64,000 bases of DNA from Selaginella moellendorffii (lineage: Eukaryota; Plantae; Lycopodiophyta). The notes beneath the pieces are model-generated. The model did no database searches, was not told where the DNA came from, and saw only the letters and a program-made list of their open reading frames with translations. Made by a program: the position numbers and the translations under genes. Shown here one piece after another: positions 1 through 13,425 of the stretch; within the stretch, counting starts at the first letter, position 1, and every line of letters begins with the position of its first letter. The DNA lies in assembly GCF_000143415.4 (NCBI RefSeq), contig NW_003314285.1, forward strand, positions 79,203-143,202. Direction: 5' to 3'.

Positions 1-1668
1 CGGACGTTACTTGAAGGTGACCATGCTACTGTTACTTCATTATTGAAGCGGAAGAACCTGGTTGGTCGTACGGCTCGATAGGCTTTGAAGCTTCAGATAT
101 ATGATTTCGATGTTGTTCATCGCCCAGGGAGTTCTATGGCTGATGCTGATGCCCTTTCTCGAGCTCCTCTTCCTTCTCCACTCACTTCTCATGTTTCTGA
201 CGAACCTGTTGTTCCAGCATCTGTGGATTTTCTAGATGAGGATTCTGTGCCGTCGGCAGTTGCTGTCCTTGACGTTCAGTGTCCACAGGGCGTAGAGCAA
301 GATTTAACTTCTCTTGATGAGGTTCGCGAGGCTCAAAAGATTGAGCCGTGGATTCGAAGGCTTCGAGATGGGTTTGAGAATCCTGCATCACTTGCTGATG
401 ACTTGCCTTTCCGGCATTTACATTCTCAATATCGCCTTGAAGATGGCCTTCTTTATTTTGTGGGGACGGATCCTGATGATCATTTACGGTTGGTGGTGCC
501 TTCGGTGTTTATTCCACAGTTTCTCCATGCCTACCATGATTCTCCTGTTCTAGGTGGGCATATGGGACACTGTCGTGTCACCGAGAAGTTGCGCAGGTCT
601 TTCTATTGGCCAGAGATGCGACGTGATATTATCCGATATGTGCGTAGCTGCGTTTGGTGCCAAGCTCGTAATACTCCCCCTTGTGCTGTGGAAGGACGGT
701 TGGAGTCAATTGCAGTTTCCCGTCCGTTTGAGTTGGTGGCGTTTGATCTTATGGGACCTTTTCCACGATCGACTGCTGGCAATGAGTATGTTATTATTGC
801 TTCTGACTACTTGACTCGTTGGGTGGAAGTTGGTGCTCTTGCTAGCGCCTCTGCAACTGCTGTTGGATACTTCCTCCTCAATCGAGTGGTGTTCCAGCAT
901 TCTTGTCCAGAGCGGATTCTTTCGGATAATGGTCCTGCATTTATGGCTGAGGTATTTCATGTTTTGACATCTCGGTTGGGGATACGCCACACTTTTACGA
1001 GTGCTTATCATCCACAATCAGACGGTCTGGTGGAACGGCTTGTTCGGACATTCAAAGGGATGATTGCGAAGTATGTGAACTTTCAGCATTCGGATTGGGA
1101 TGGTTATTTGCCGTCTCTTTGGTATGCCTATGTCACAGGGGTGCAGAGTTCTGTTGGTGCTTCACCATATAAACTTCTATATGGTCATGATCCAATATTA
1201 CCAACAGAGCTGGGTTTACCTTCGCGATTGCCACGAGCTCCTGATGCTAGGTCATGGGATCAGTATTTAACAAGCATTCTTCCATTTGTCCGAGCAGAGT
1301 CTGCCGAACACTTAGGCCACGTACAAGTGGGACAACAACGGCGCTACATCTCCCATCATCGTCCACCTGCGGAGTACAAAGTGGATGATTTGGTGTTAGT
1401 CCGCTTTCCCCATCTTACGGTACGTGGTTTATCTAAGGGGCTCCTTGCGCAGTGGAAAGGACCGTATCGGGTGTTGCGGCAAGTTGGACCACAAGTTTAT
1501 GAGGTTCGGCATGACGTTCAGCAGGCCGATCCTCCGGAGATTGTGCATGTGCAGCGGTTAAAACGCTTCATACAAAGGGATCAGGAGCAGTTAATACTGT
1601 CTACAGATCCGCCGATGCCTCCTCCTGACGTTCCTCCAGATCCTGGCCCATCTACAAGAGAACCCTAA
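1..1668 (+). CDS. Ty3/gypsy pol 3' part (end of RNase H, integrase zinc finger, integrase core, GPY/F)
   Basis: 527-aa ORF with HRPGSSMADADALSR, H..GGHMGH...CVWC zinc finger, DLMGPF, SDNGPAF, YHPQSDGLVER and WKGPY. The frame enters from the window edge. Confidence 0.95.
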
Positions 1669-1685
1669 CGGCCTTCCATTATTCC

Positions 1686-1864
1686 GAGAGGAGGGGATGA
1701 TGTGAGGGCCAAGTGTATGGCTACGATGCCGTATACTAATATTAGCGTAGTGGATTTTGGTAGCCGTCGGATTGGTTTCAATCCGGATCACTCGCTCCTG
1801 TATATAAGCTAGGGTTTTTGGGCTAATTGATATGCACATTTCTGTATTCCCTTTCCATATTCCA
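1686..1864 (+). mobile_element. Polypurine tract and short (~164 bp) 3' LTR of the gypsy element
   Basis: GAGAGGAGGGGATGA (1686-1700) is followed by TGTGAGGGCC...ATATTCCA (1701-1864). The same PPT and LTR recur at 49452-49630. Confidence 0.8.
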
Positions 1865-2669
1865 GGTGTATTTAAATGGTGTATTTTTGCCACCATTTAA
1901 AAATATTTTCTTGTGTAACCTATGCATTCAACAATGGTCATCTAAATCTACCACCTTTAATACACCAATATTTATGATATCAACAACAAAACATAAAATG
2001 TAATCCAAAGACTATATAAAGAGGACCCCTAATGATATAAAGCATTAAAGCATTAAAGCAAGAGCTTAAGTTTTCTCTTTTAGTTTTTTCTTTAAGTGTT
2101 ACTTCCTTGAAAAATAAAAAAATTAAGAGTTAATGGAAATCCCTCTCCTTTCTCTTTCTCTCAAGGCATAAAGCATGTAGAGATGGTGTGTTACTAACCA
2201 CCAGCTTCAAATATGACGACCTCATGATGGCACAGAGAAATGTTTTAGAATCAATGAGATCTTTATTAACTCCTTCACCAAAAGATCTACTATTAATCAT
2301 ATTGCCACTCTGCAAAATCTCTTTAAAGAAGCATATGGTAAGAATTTCCATGGGTGGACAATGCTTGATGATCATGCGGAATGCACCAATGGATCTTAGA
2401 AAGCACCTAGTGGTTTACAAAACATGGATCATGGAGGAAATCAATAGAGTCTTGCTATAGAGAAATGAAGTTTAGAATTTTTTTTCCTCCCTTGTCAATA
2501 CCTCTTTTCAAAAATGATGCAACAAGAGAGAGGCAAGGACTTGTGATTAGTCTATAATAGCTATCCCTATGGTTATCGATTGAATCCTTGCACCGAAGTG
2601 TAGAAGTCAATCTGCTAAAACTAACCCAAAACAATTGAATAAGAGAAACATTTAATGAAAATGTATTAC

Positions 2670-5600
2670 TTTATTTATTTGCAAGATATATTACAAAATT
2701 TACAAAAGCTACTATGTAAGATTCCTAAAAGGCTCCCAAATTGATTTACAAGTTGGGTAACCTTTTCAGTTAATAAGATATTCCTTGCATGAGCTTGTCT
2801 CTGAAACCGAGAATCCATGATACTTCCAACTTCATACTCGGGTGCACCATTGACATCATCTGATGGTGGATGAATCTCTCCTTGGCAACGAATATTTATA
2901 GTGTATAGGGCAAAAAGATTGATATGAAAGATATTATAAACATTTGATATCTCTGCAGGAAGATTCAATCAATAGGATATATTACCAATCTATTTCAAAA
3001 CCCAATAGAGCCCAACATATCTTAATAATAGCTTCCGGGACAAAGATCCCTTAACATTTAAATTTTAGGAAAATAGCCACACCTGATCTCCCATTTAATA
3101 GGATACATCCCTGATATTGATCCTTGTCATATCAATACCTATCTTGAATATCCTCCAACTAGTCTGAACTAATTGCTGACATTGCCTAGAACTGAGCTTG
3201 ATGACTCAATGCATTTGGAACAATATTGTTTTTACTAAATTTATATATGATTTCAATATTGAATCTAGTAAACTTCTTTTATCAATAAGCCTACTTCAGC
3301 ATAAGCTTTTGTTGCATTGCAAAGTAGCTTAGTGTATTATTATCTATAAAGCTTAGTGTATCTGCATAAATAGTGTCTCTAATGTTCCAATGCCGACACT
3401 ATAACAAACATCTCTTTTTCATGCATTGACCATCTTTATTGGGTTTTATCCAATTTCTTAGAATAAAATGTAACAAGACAACCACATCACTTTAGTATAA
3501 CATCAATTGCATTATCATAGTCTTGTTTCATGGCATCTATAGCATAGCCAAAGGCATTACAATACACTTCAAAGGGTTTATCAAGATTTAGGATCCTAAG
3601 AACAAAAACCATAATTAAGATCTCCTTCAACCATACAAAAGCATACTAACAAGTTGGTGTCTAATGAAATGGTATATTACCCTTTGTGAACTCAGTTAAT
3701 GGAAGAGCAATACTTGCAAAATTGCGAACAAACGTGTGATAATATCTCGCCAAACCGAGAAAGGAACGAACATTTGATATAATAGTTAGGACTTCCAAGA
3801 CTTCACAATTGCTACCTTCTTTGGATCCACCTCAATTATGCCATTACCAACCATATGTTCAAGAAAGTTCATATATAATTATCCAAAAGCATATTTACTT
3901 TTCTTAATATATACATAACTTTTGAAACACTAGCTCTAAGTGTTTCAAATGATCCTTCAACATTTTATTGAAGATTAAAACATCATCAACTATCTATCAT
4001 TGTACTAAACATTGCCAAAGCATTACATAACCCAAATGGCATAATGAGAAGCTTATATAATTCGTAACAAGTCTTAAAGGATGTCTTCTCCACATCTTGA
4101 TCTACCACTTATATCTAATGATACTCAAACCACAAATCAAGTTGCATAAAATACTCATGCCTTTAAGAGTTGGTCCAACAAGTCAACAATGTCAGGCAAT
4201 GGATAGCTGTTTTTTACTATAATCTTATTAAGAGCCTAATAATTGATATACATCCTTATGATACCATTTTTTTAATAAAATAAAGGACTAGCACTTTATA
4301 AAGTGACTTACTTGGTTGGATATGACTTTTGTCAAAAAGTTCTATGAATTGCTTCTTGAGTTCAGCCATCTCCTTGATGTTCAAATGATATAGAGCTTTT
4401 GTAGGTCCTAGAACAATCTTAATTTGATGATCAATCTCACAGCTAGGAGGTAGCTCTATTGGCAAATCCTTTATAAAGATATCCTAATTCTGCCCTAACA
4501 ATCTTAATATTTCCCTTGGTATATGATCAACCCTATCACCGATTCAAATTAGGTCATTATTACCTTAGCTTCCATCATTTGAACCCAGAAGGTTAAACGT
4601 CCTTTCTTAGCTACTTTTTGAGTAGCTCTTGTAATTAGGAATTTAGCATCCCAATCCTTTGAAGAGTGCTTTTGCAATTGGAAGGATACATTAGGATGTC
4701 TTTTTGACCTCAATACGATGCAATTTTGTCCAACACCATAAATCCTATTGATATATTTATTGAAAAAATCCATACCAAACACCATCTAAAAGTTTGGTAT
4801 CTTCAACACTACCAAATTCAATCTTTCTTTCCACTTGAATATTTTTATTAGAACATCACTTAGAAATTCTCTAGCTACTTACCCACCTTCTACAAATTGG
4901 AAGTATATGAACGACATATACTCAGCTTTCAATCCTAACAACTTAACTAAGTCTTCAAATATCACATTGTGCATAGCTCATATATCAATCATCACTCGGA
5001 TTCGGTGTTTGTAAACAAAACCTATCAGATACATCAATGGATCAGTACTTGCATTGATTGTGAGAAAAGCTTGAAGAAAGTAACTCATTTCCTCTTCCTC
5101 ATAATTTGTATTAACCAATTCATCAACCCCTTCAACTTCACCACCACTATCTTCCCTAATAATATTATACGAGACTTTGTCTTATGCTTGTTAGGACATT
5201 TTGAGGACCTATGTCCTACCTCTCCACAATAGAAGTAATGACCCACACTACTTGTTCCATTAAGAGTAAGTTTCATAGGTTGCTATTACTTGTACCCATG
5301 AGAAGGAGAAATAGAGGGCTTAAGACTAAAAGAAGTTGTTGATAGTTGCTAACCACCACTTTGTTAACCATTGCTTATAAACCTTTAGAGCAAAAGCTTC
5401 CTTCCACCTTCTATTTCTGATCACTTTATTTATTCCTAGAGTTTTTAATTTTGTCTGAAGTACTAGCATATAGCTGCTGATACTATTCCATAAGCAAGTG
5501 ACTGAAGGCAACTTGTTGTGATACCTCCTTACACTTTAGGTATGTTTTCAATTTAAACTTCAAAACTTCATTGCGAGAAAGTGAACTCAAACCTTCCAAA

Positions 5601-6531
5601 AAATAACTTCGAGCATCTTCATCATTCATATTTTTAATCATAATGCACTTTTGAGCAAATGCCTTAATGTAATGCATAAGGTCCCCATGTTGCTTCAATT
5701 GCCACAACTTTTAGTTTACCCTTTTTCAACACAAATTTGGCACCACCAAGTTTTGGCATGATTGCTAAGAAAGGACTATGCATATGCAACCTTTGTATGA
5801 TCATCTACGTCTGTTGCTATAAAATAGTTATTCATAATATAGACCCAGTCTTCCAAAACCTAATAATCCTATATACTTCTGAAATTGAGAGGTTTTGGGG
5901 GTTTGAACTTTGAAACTCATGCAAAACTTCATTATCTTTAGAACTTGAAGAAAAATTCAACTACTAGGTTTTGCGGATTTTGCTAGTTTAGCTACCTCAT
6001 CTTCTTTCTTCCTCCCTTTATTCTCCTTCTTCAATTTGTGAATTTCTTTCGTAAATTCTTGATCTCAATGTCTTGAGTTGATTAGAAAAGTCTTTGTGTA
6101 TTGAGTTAGAAATTCCAATAAAAATTTGGATAAGAATCACTAAGATAATTCCTCTAATATAAGATATAACGCACCTAAATTTGGAGCTAAACTTCAAGCC
6201 TATTATGCTACAAGCTCTATTTCGTTAAAGTGGGAATTGTCATTATCCCACTTGTAAAATAAGGTTTCCAAACCTTTATATAGTATATAAATATAACAAA
6301 ATTCACATGCCATTTTATTTTAAACAAGGAAATGTCTACTCAATCACTTCTCCTCCCCCTGCCACTGCTTCACCTCTCTCTTCTCCTTGTCATCGTCATC
6401 CAATTTCTTTCCATCCTTTTAATATTGGCTCAGTTGCTCCGAGTCTAGGTGGAGCCCAAGTCCCCATTCAATCTTTACTTTCCCCTTATTAATAAAACAA
6501 CTTCATAGACTTCCAATAACATGCTGTAACA
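2670..6531 (-). mobile_element. Degenerate chromovirus-type Ty3/gypsy element (gag-PR-RT-RH remnants, chromodomain remnant)
   Basis: Reverse-complement homolog of 59.8-64 kb. It has a decayed zinc knuckle (YCGEVGHRSSKC), LPPSCEIDHQI, RT fragments and a chromodomain-like PEYEVGSIMDSR at ~2800, with many stops. The right end (TGTAACA at 6531) is tentative. Confidence 0.85.
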
Positions 6532-6639
6532 CTTCTAGTATAATGCAAATCCTCTCAAAGAATTGTCTTTTAATATTAATACAATGGCATGGAACCCCAT
6601 GCCATAATAAGTTACATTTTTAAATAAATACATACCATC

Positions 6640-9600
6640 TCAGACTGTTATTTTTTGCCTCCAACGCCTATACAATAATCTTGGAATTTCATCACTCTCC
6701 ACACTATCAGGATTTAAACCCAATAGTAATGCCATCTCTTCTCTAATACGTCCACGCTCATGTTCAGTGGTCGAAGAACCCATCCGGTTGAGCAGATTAT
6801 GGAGATGCGGATAGTGCTTGGCTAGACAATATACATGCCATAAATGATGACTGGTGTCTGTCCGATCAAATGGCTTCTGATATACCGTTCCATCTGCCAT
6901 TTGGTTGATTTCTGCAGCCACCTCCTGGACTGGCCGGTTCTCTATCACCATCGCTCCAAGACGTTTTGCAAGGTCCCCCAGAACATACGGTTTCTTCTCC
7001 CTAGTTTCCATACTGCAAGAGATGGGGTGCACTGCATATGTGTGCGTGTTCGCTGCAGTTTTAATCGGCGAGTCATCGATGATGAGGATTTCACTTGAGC
7101 TAGCAGTCCGGTTCATCGCTACAGCCTCTGGCTTGACGAAGATGGGCTTGCTACCCCTCACATGGACCATAGTCAAGCAATCCTCCTGCGTTAGGAGAAA
7201 GTCAAATGGTAATATTACTCGCGTCTGATCGTGCATCATCTGTAGCAACGTTAATGCATTGTGGCGCATCATGGATGTCCAAACTCCCAATTGCAAATTG
7301 AACCCGGCCCTCTGTTTTAAGTGTCGCATGGTCATTATTAGATCCCGCAGTTTCTCCCGTGTGATTAATGTGAATCTGTCTCTTTTGACCAACTTGCGAC
7401 CGCAGGCTTTGGAGGGTGCAATGACATTCGAGGACGAGCCACGCTCATGGGAGAAAAGGACACCGTTTAGATCAAAAACGATACAGTACCTTCGCCGTGA
7501 CTCTGAAATGAAATGCGTCAGCATAAAAAATGGTACAAGTCAATTTTACCATCTACAATATTAGCGAATGTTGCTCCCGATGGTCGTTGAGAGGGTTTTG
7601 GTCGAGGAAACGTGAAGGGCGGAAATACTCTCCTCTGCAATGTGGGGTCAATCGCATCCGATGGCGTGTGGGCACATGCCATTTCAGCTGTAGACTCTGG
7701 TACAACTGGCTCAATAGTGGCATGGGGTGGTTCCGATGGCGTGTGATCACACGCCATTTCAGCTGGTGCCTCCGTTGGCAAAGTGGACATGACCGAACAG
7801 GCAGCAGGGGCGGTGTAGGGAGGTTCCAACGGCGCGTAGTCAGACGATTGGGCACACGTTGAGTCCGTTGGAAATGAGGATACGACCGGCTCGGCGGCTG
7901 GGGCGGCCTCATGTGGGTCCAATGGCGCCTGGTCACCGTCAGTTGGATACGTGGACAAGATTGACTCAGTGGTATGGGCAGCATCAAGTGGAGCGTGGTC
8001 AGCTTGCTTGGCGTTGATATGGATAGTAGCCTTCACCAGCTCTGATGACTCTTGCAGCCAAGTAGAGTCCACTGGCGGATCCATATGCATGTCCAAATAT
8101 CTCCCTTCGATTGAGATGGTATCCTCCCGTGCTACTAAAAACAAACTCATTAGCACATTGAATCGACTATACTATATTTACCATCAACTGCTATTGAGGA
8201 ACTAGGACCGATATCACTTGGGCGCACTGCTGATTCTGAAGGATTGGACATACGTTTCGACCCTTGCTTGGCACTATCCTTCCTCGACACTAAAGGCTAG
8301 AGTTTGTAAATTCAACTGAATAATCTCTACTTACCATTTGCTCTGCGACCTACATGGACAATGTTAGAAATGGTAAAAGGTTAGGAATGGATGTATTATT
8401 ATTTACCTGATGGTTTGTCTTGTATGACCTTCCTCCGCTGCTCTTTGGCCACCTCAGGCTGGCCATCGTCGTCATCATCGTCGTCGTCGTTATTGTGATC
8501 GTCACCATTGTGAGGACCATCCAAGTCCTCTTCGTCCTCCTCTTCTTCGTCCTCCTCTTCTTTGTCCTCCTCTTCGTCCTTCTGCTCTTCCTGCTCATTA
8601 TCTTTCTCTGGCTCCTCATCCCCCTCCTGCATTTCTTCCATAGGCTGCTCAGGCTGGATGGCTTGTTCTTCCAGGACCATCTTGGGAAAATCATCTGGCC
8701 GAGTCTCCATCTCAAAATACAAGACATCCATAGCCTGTTTTAGTGCGTGACCTAGGACCGTATCCTCACCCGACTGTCTTAACATGGTTTCTGCACGTTC
8801 TTGCACCCTTCGAAGACGACGAGATGAGAAAAACATGGCCCTGACTTGAAAAGCTTCCCTCATCCATTGTACCTCTCCATTGAGATTGGGGAAGGGGAGT
8901 CTGCCATAGGAATCTGAGTCATGAGGTGGTGACTGCTTGCTTTCACTCAGCCCTTGATCTGCAATGAATGGCATGAGCACACATGCCATAACCGCGAGGC
9001 ATTACCTATCATCTTTTCGTTGCCCTTCTTCCTTTTCGAATCAAACGCCTCTGATCTCGACGACTGTCCAACGTGCTTTCGCTTTTTATGACCACTGTCA
9101 GTTTGAGCTTGGCTGGTGCTTGCCTGTTTTGCCTTTGAAGAAGTTTCTCCTGCAAGGAATGGCATGAGACCACACGCCATTGCAAATATAATTTGTACCT
9201 CCTTTTTTCCTATTGCTTGTCTGTTTGTCCTTCTTCGATGCGCCACCAGTGCGCTTTTCAGTCCTCGTGTCTAAATATTCACAACGATCTATAATCAAAA
9301 TGGCGTGAGGCCTCACGTGACCTTACCTTGTGCAGGTTGTGAGCTCGGCCCAACATGGGTATCTTCAACAGTAGCTGTTAACGCCGTTTCAGCATCTGGG
9401 GGTGGCCACGCTCCTGCATACAGAGCTTGTGAGATAACATTTAAACTTAAAGTGCGTACTCACCAGGTTCGCAGAGAAGATACTGTTTTTCTTTGGCAAC
9501 TGTAATTATATGCTCCATTGAAGTCACCTCTTCAATGGAGTTTGTCACCGCAACACACGGGACACCCTTGAGTAGTGCGGCTCGAAAGAATAGTCCGCCG

Positions 9601-12020
9601 CAGTTGTACTCGACAATGCATTTGCCCTTGGAGTCGGAAGCAGGTGACCCACCCGCTATTGCGTTGAAGACCCAGCTGAGCATTTCCCATGCTGCACCTG
9701 GAGCTTTCTTTGGATTCGAAAGCTCCATAGCCGTCTTCAGTTCCTCAAGCACGGGTAAATTGACCTCCCTCAGATCAATTCGATTGGCCTTGTCGAACGA
9801 AGCTGGGAAGTCACTCCAGTCCCACTCTGCTGCAGGACCAATAACAAGGGCGAGTGTGAAGATGCGGACATTCGTCGGTATCTCCTCCTTAGCCATTATC
9901 CCATGGATCTCCCGCATCTCCTTGCCTTTCAACCGAGCCTTCACCTCGTTCAAGGCCTTCCAGAACTTGTGATAGGATTCGGAGTCGTAGATCATATAGT
10001 GGACTGAAGATTCCACCTCCGCAAGTCCCACCATTAAGTCAATGATGGAGCTGACTTCGTCTGCATGAGTGATCTCCTCGTTTGTGAAGTCCATCACACA
10101 AAAGATGTTCTTGACCTGCTCATCTCCGCGGGAAACGATGCTCCTCCACCTTTGATCCTCATCCGAATTCACGTATACCCGGTAAGGTTCTCGATAGGCC
10201 TCTGCTGCGGGGTCGAGCTGTTTCTGAAGCCGGCGGTCGACATCCCTCTTAATGAAATTTGGATACTGATCCAACTTCTCAGCTTTACTTTTCGTGGCAT
10301 CCCGCAGCAGATCGATGAACTTGGGGGCCCCCTTCACGTAGTCGTCGATGTCTTCATTTGACAACTCCAGCGCTTCCATCATCTCTTGCGTGGTGTCGAT
10401 GCTCACCCTCTCCACGGCCACTTGCTCGAAGATCCAATCCTTCAATAGCGCACGAGCTCTCAGAGTCGTGCACAAGTCCTCGTATGTCACAATATGGCCG
10501 GGAGTCATTTTGGTCTTGTTGAAGACTACCTCACCACGTAGAAGAGCATTAGCCACTGTCAGAAGGTCGTCGTCGTCTAGAGACCGCGAGAAACGTAAGG
10601 CGTTGAGCTTCAAATCATTGGGCTTCCGGCCGTCCTCCACACCCATTGAGTTTGGCAACTCCCCGTCATGGTACCTCCTCAGCACATCTACCCATTTGTC
10701 AAAAACAACTTTTGTCGCGAGTAGAATGTTATGGATGCTGAGTGTGTCATTGACCCCCAGTGTTTTCGAGAGAAGACTCGAGAATTCCTGCAATGGAAAT
10801 GGCGTGAGGCCACATGCTATGCCACATACAACGAGGCTTACCTGCCAGGCGCTAGTTGCTAGTGCACGTCCTTGTCCTGGTTTTTGTGGCTTCTTTAGTT
10901 GAACCCAGAGCTTCCGTGTTCGTGCCAATGTCTCGTGCAGACCCGATTTGTAGCACGTTTCTTGCTTGACATTCTGCGCGTGGGAGATGTATATGATAGA
11001 TCGGAGGGGCGAGTTGCCTTTTATCAGGCGGACAACTCTTGTCTTGAAGACTTTCTTCACCTCCTCGCCCACCATAATATCCACAACTATCTCTTGCATC
11101 GCCAAGCTAGAATGCTGCCCGGAGACGGCATAGAACCGGATGTTCTGATCGTCCAACACCTTCCTATTGATCAAGTCTGGAAACCTCATCTCGCCCTTCA
11201 TTTTTTGGTAGTAGGGGATCACGTCTGCGATGTCGGGTGTTACTGGACTTGCCAGCATCTTCTGCTTCAATTTCTCCACCCACTCATCAGATACTAGCCT
11301 GTGGTTGTATTTGCTTTGGATGTCGATACAGCTCACGTCGATTGTATATACTTTGTTGGAATAGTAACAAGTACTATTATCTGCGACAATTTTTGCTGCC
11401 TCTTTTTGCTCTTTCTGCTCTTTGTGGCTCTTCTTTTTGGTGGGTGTAGTGTTCGAACCCGAGGCAATGGCATCACTGAGTAGCTTCTTTTTTGGAGCAG
11501 GAGAGTCGGACGTCGGCTTGAGCTTGACCACCCTTTTCTGCTTCGAGGTAGTTTCCAGATCGACCCCCTTCCCCTTTGCTTCGCGAACTGGAGTCACTCT
11601 CAACGGCTCAATGTTGGAATATAGTTTTTGAACATCGCCGTAGGTGAGGTCCGTGGATTCCATGTGATCTTCATAGACCCGCAGCGTCTTTGAAATTGTG
11701 GGCCTCTTGGACAACCTCTCCCTAGCTCCCTCTAGGAATTCCTCATAGCCGCTGCCCCCCTCCGGGAAGCCGCTAGGATGTGCAAGGTGGATCTTGAAGG
11801 CAGACGCTGTCTCTACCACAAGTGCCAGTCCATATTCTTGCATGGAACTGCATGGAGTGTCTGTCACTTGGATGAGGATCCCCATGCATTCTTTTCTCCC
11901 ACCATCTGTGTTGTACAGCCTCAGATCCTCGCCTTCCATCCCGAAAGTCCAACTGGTGAGCTCCTCCCCCTTCTCTGCATCCACATTGACAGTGGCTGGA
12001 AGAAGAACGCAATTCCTCGC
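6640..12020 (-). CDS. Spliced ~1,600-aa protein: ParB/Srx-like domain, degenerate N4/N6 DNA MTase-like fold, acidic/low-complexity linker, FCP1-like HAD domain
   Basis: Predicted exons 12020-10842, 10787-9464, 9425-9327, 9288-9199, 9149-9006, 8958-8407, 8349-8335, 8289-8209, 8131-7550 and 7502-6640 are joined by GT-AG introns and give one open frame linking the 864, 196, 212 and 294 aa ORFs. Motifs: RFYAVSGQHSSLA (ParB-like), CIVEYNCGGLFFRAALLKGVPCVAV (Rossmann motif I-like), IVFDLNGVL...IIDDSPIK (HAD/FCP1 homology). The 5' exon(s) were not resolved. Confidence 0.7.
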
Positions 12021-13392
12021 CTGTTCAGAAATGCACAACAATTAGAGCTGACAGATGAAAAGCTAGTAGCTGGAAATAACGTGAGGCCACACGCCATTCA
12101 CCACTGCATCAGATGTCTTGAGGCTGCATCCTAAGATGGCGTGAGGCTACACGCCATCTGTAACCGGACTGCACTCGAGAGCCCAATCGGTGCATGCCAA
12201 TGTTGCTATTGAATGGCATGTGGCCTCATGCCATTTTCTACTTGGCCTAAAAGACTTACCATTTGAAGCCGAATGGAGGCGTGACAACCGGACTCGCTGG
12301 CGAATGTGCACTGTGTGTGCAGCGGATCGTAGCAGCAAGGCTACTCTGCCACTTACAGTTGGAGAGTGGCGCTGAAATCTCCCGGGACGCCAAGTGGGCT
12401 GCGTGTGGGTGGCGGAGTGGGCGGCGGAGTTGGCGGCGAAGTTACAAACTGGGTGTGTCTTGAAATGGACACCGATGCACACGAGCGCGAGTACGAAGCA
12501 AAATGCAAAACCTAACCTCACACGCGCGAAATGTCACGACGGTTGGTAATCCCGCCACGTCATCATTCCTCGGACTTGGGCGCCACCATTAATTTCTGGA
12601 TCGGCGCGCGCATGCGTGAAATCCAAAAGAAATCCGCAACGTCATCATTCCTCGGACTGCATGCACGCGAAATCCTAAAGAAAGATCATGATTGGGATAT
12701 CATTTAATACCCTCGCTATATTTATACCATGCATGATTGGATATTCCAAAGCATCTTGTATTTCCAAAAATGCCAGATGTTCAGCTAAATAAATTGTCAG
12801 AGGATTTGATGTGACGTTCAAGCGTGTGGGCTCATGCAATTTTGATCCCAAAAAATGCACCAAAAAATGCTCGGCGTCATTTGGCGTTATCTCTTGAATG
12901 GCGTGGGGCCGCATGCCATTTTCAGGAGCACATAGGAGTATATTCCTAGAATATTCTGACACGCGCGAGATTGTTTTGAGTTTCCTGGAGATCCAACCGT
13001 TAGATCGCAACTAGATTTTACAGAATGGTATACAATGTCCTTCTTGATGACCCTGCAAAGAAGCATCTCGATTGGACACCACATGAGACCACACGAGCCT
13101 TACAATGTTTCAGGGGCATTTGCCATAGATCCGACCGTTATTTTGCTCCAAGATTCTACAGTTTGGTGTGCATTGACCTTTCCATCGACACTGCAAAGGG
13201 ACATCACAATCAGATGCCGGATCACAAGAAACCAACTTCACTAACTCTGGTTTCACCAAGATCTATGTAAGGAGTTATGAAATGAAAGGACCCTCTCTAT
13301 TGAAATGTGTTTATGGTCCTAGGGGCATTGTGACATATCAAAGGATTTTGCATCAAGTTCTGTATTTGCATGTTTATCAAGCTACTGAATTG

Positions 13393-13425
13393 CTAAACCC
13401 TAAACCCTAAACCCTAACCCTAAAC
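13393..13425 (+). repeat. Interstitial plant telomere-type repeat (CCCTAAA)n / telo-box cluster
   Basis: CTAAACCCTAAACCCTAAACCCTAACCCTAAAC. Confidence 0.85.

Noticed and set aside
2130-2420. Minus-strand RSIGAFRMIIKHCPPMEIL faintly resembling the MTase motif-X region (LLELYCPP)
   Set aside because: No glycine-rich motif I follows, and the match is too short to support a call.
6531-6600. Terminal inverted repeat or TSD for Element A (compared with 18200-18330)
   Set aside because: No convincing inverted match was found; the ends are probably disrupted by the flanking LTR insertions.
8420-8743. Hydrophobic 'membrane protein' ORF (also 25155-25373)
   Set aside because: These are antisense shadows of the acidic tract and the poly-Pro tract.
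13393-13425. True chromosome end
   Set aside because: Only about 4.5 units, and they are internal to a continuous element.
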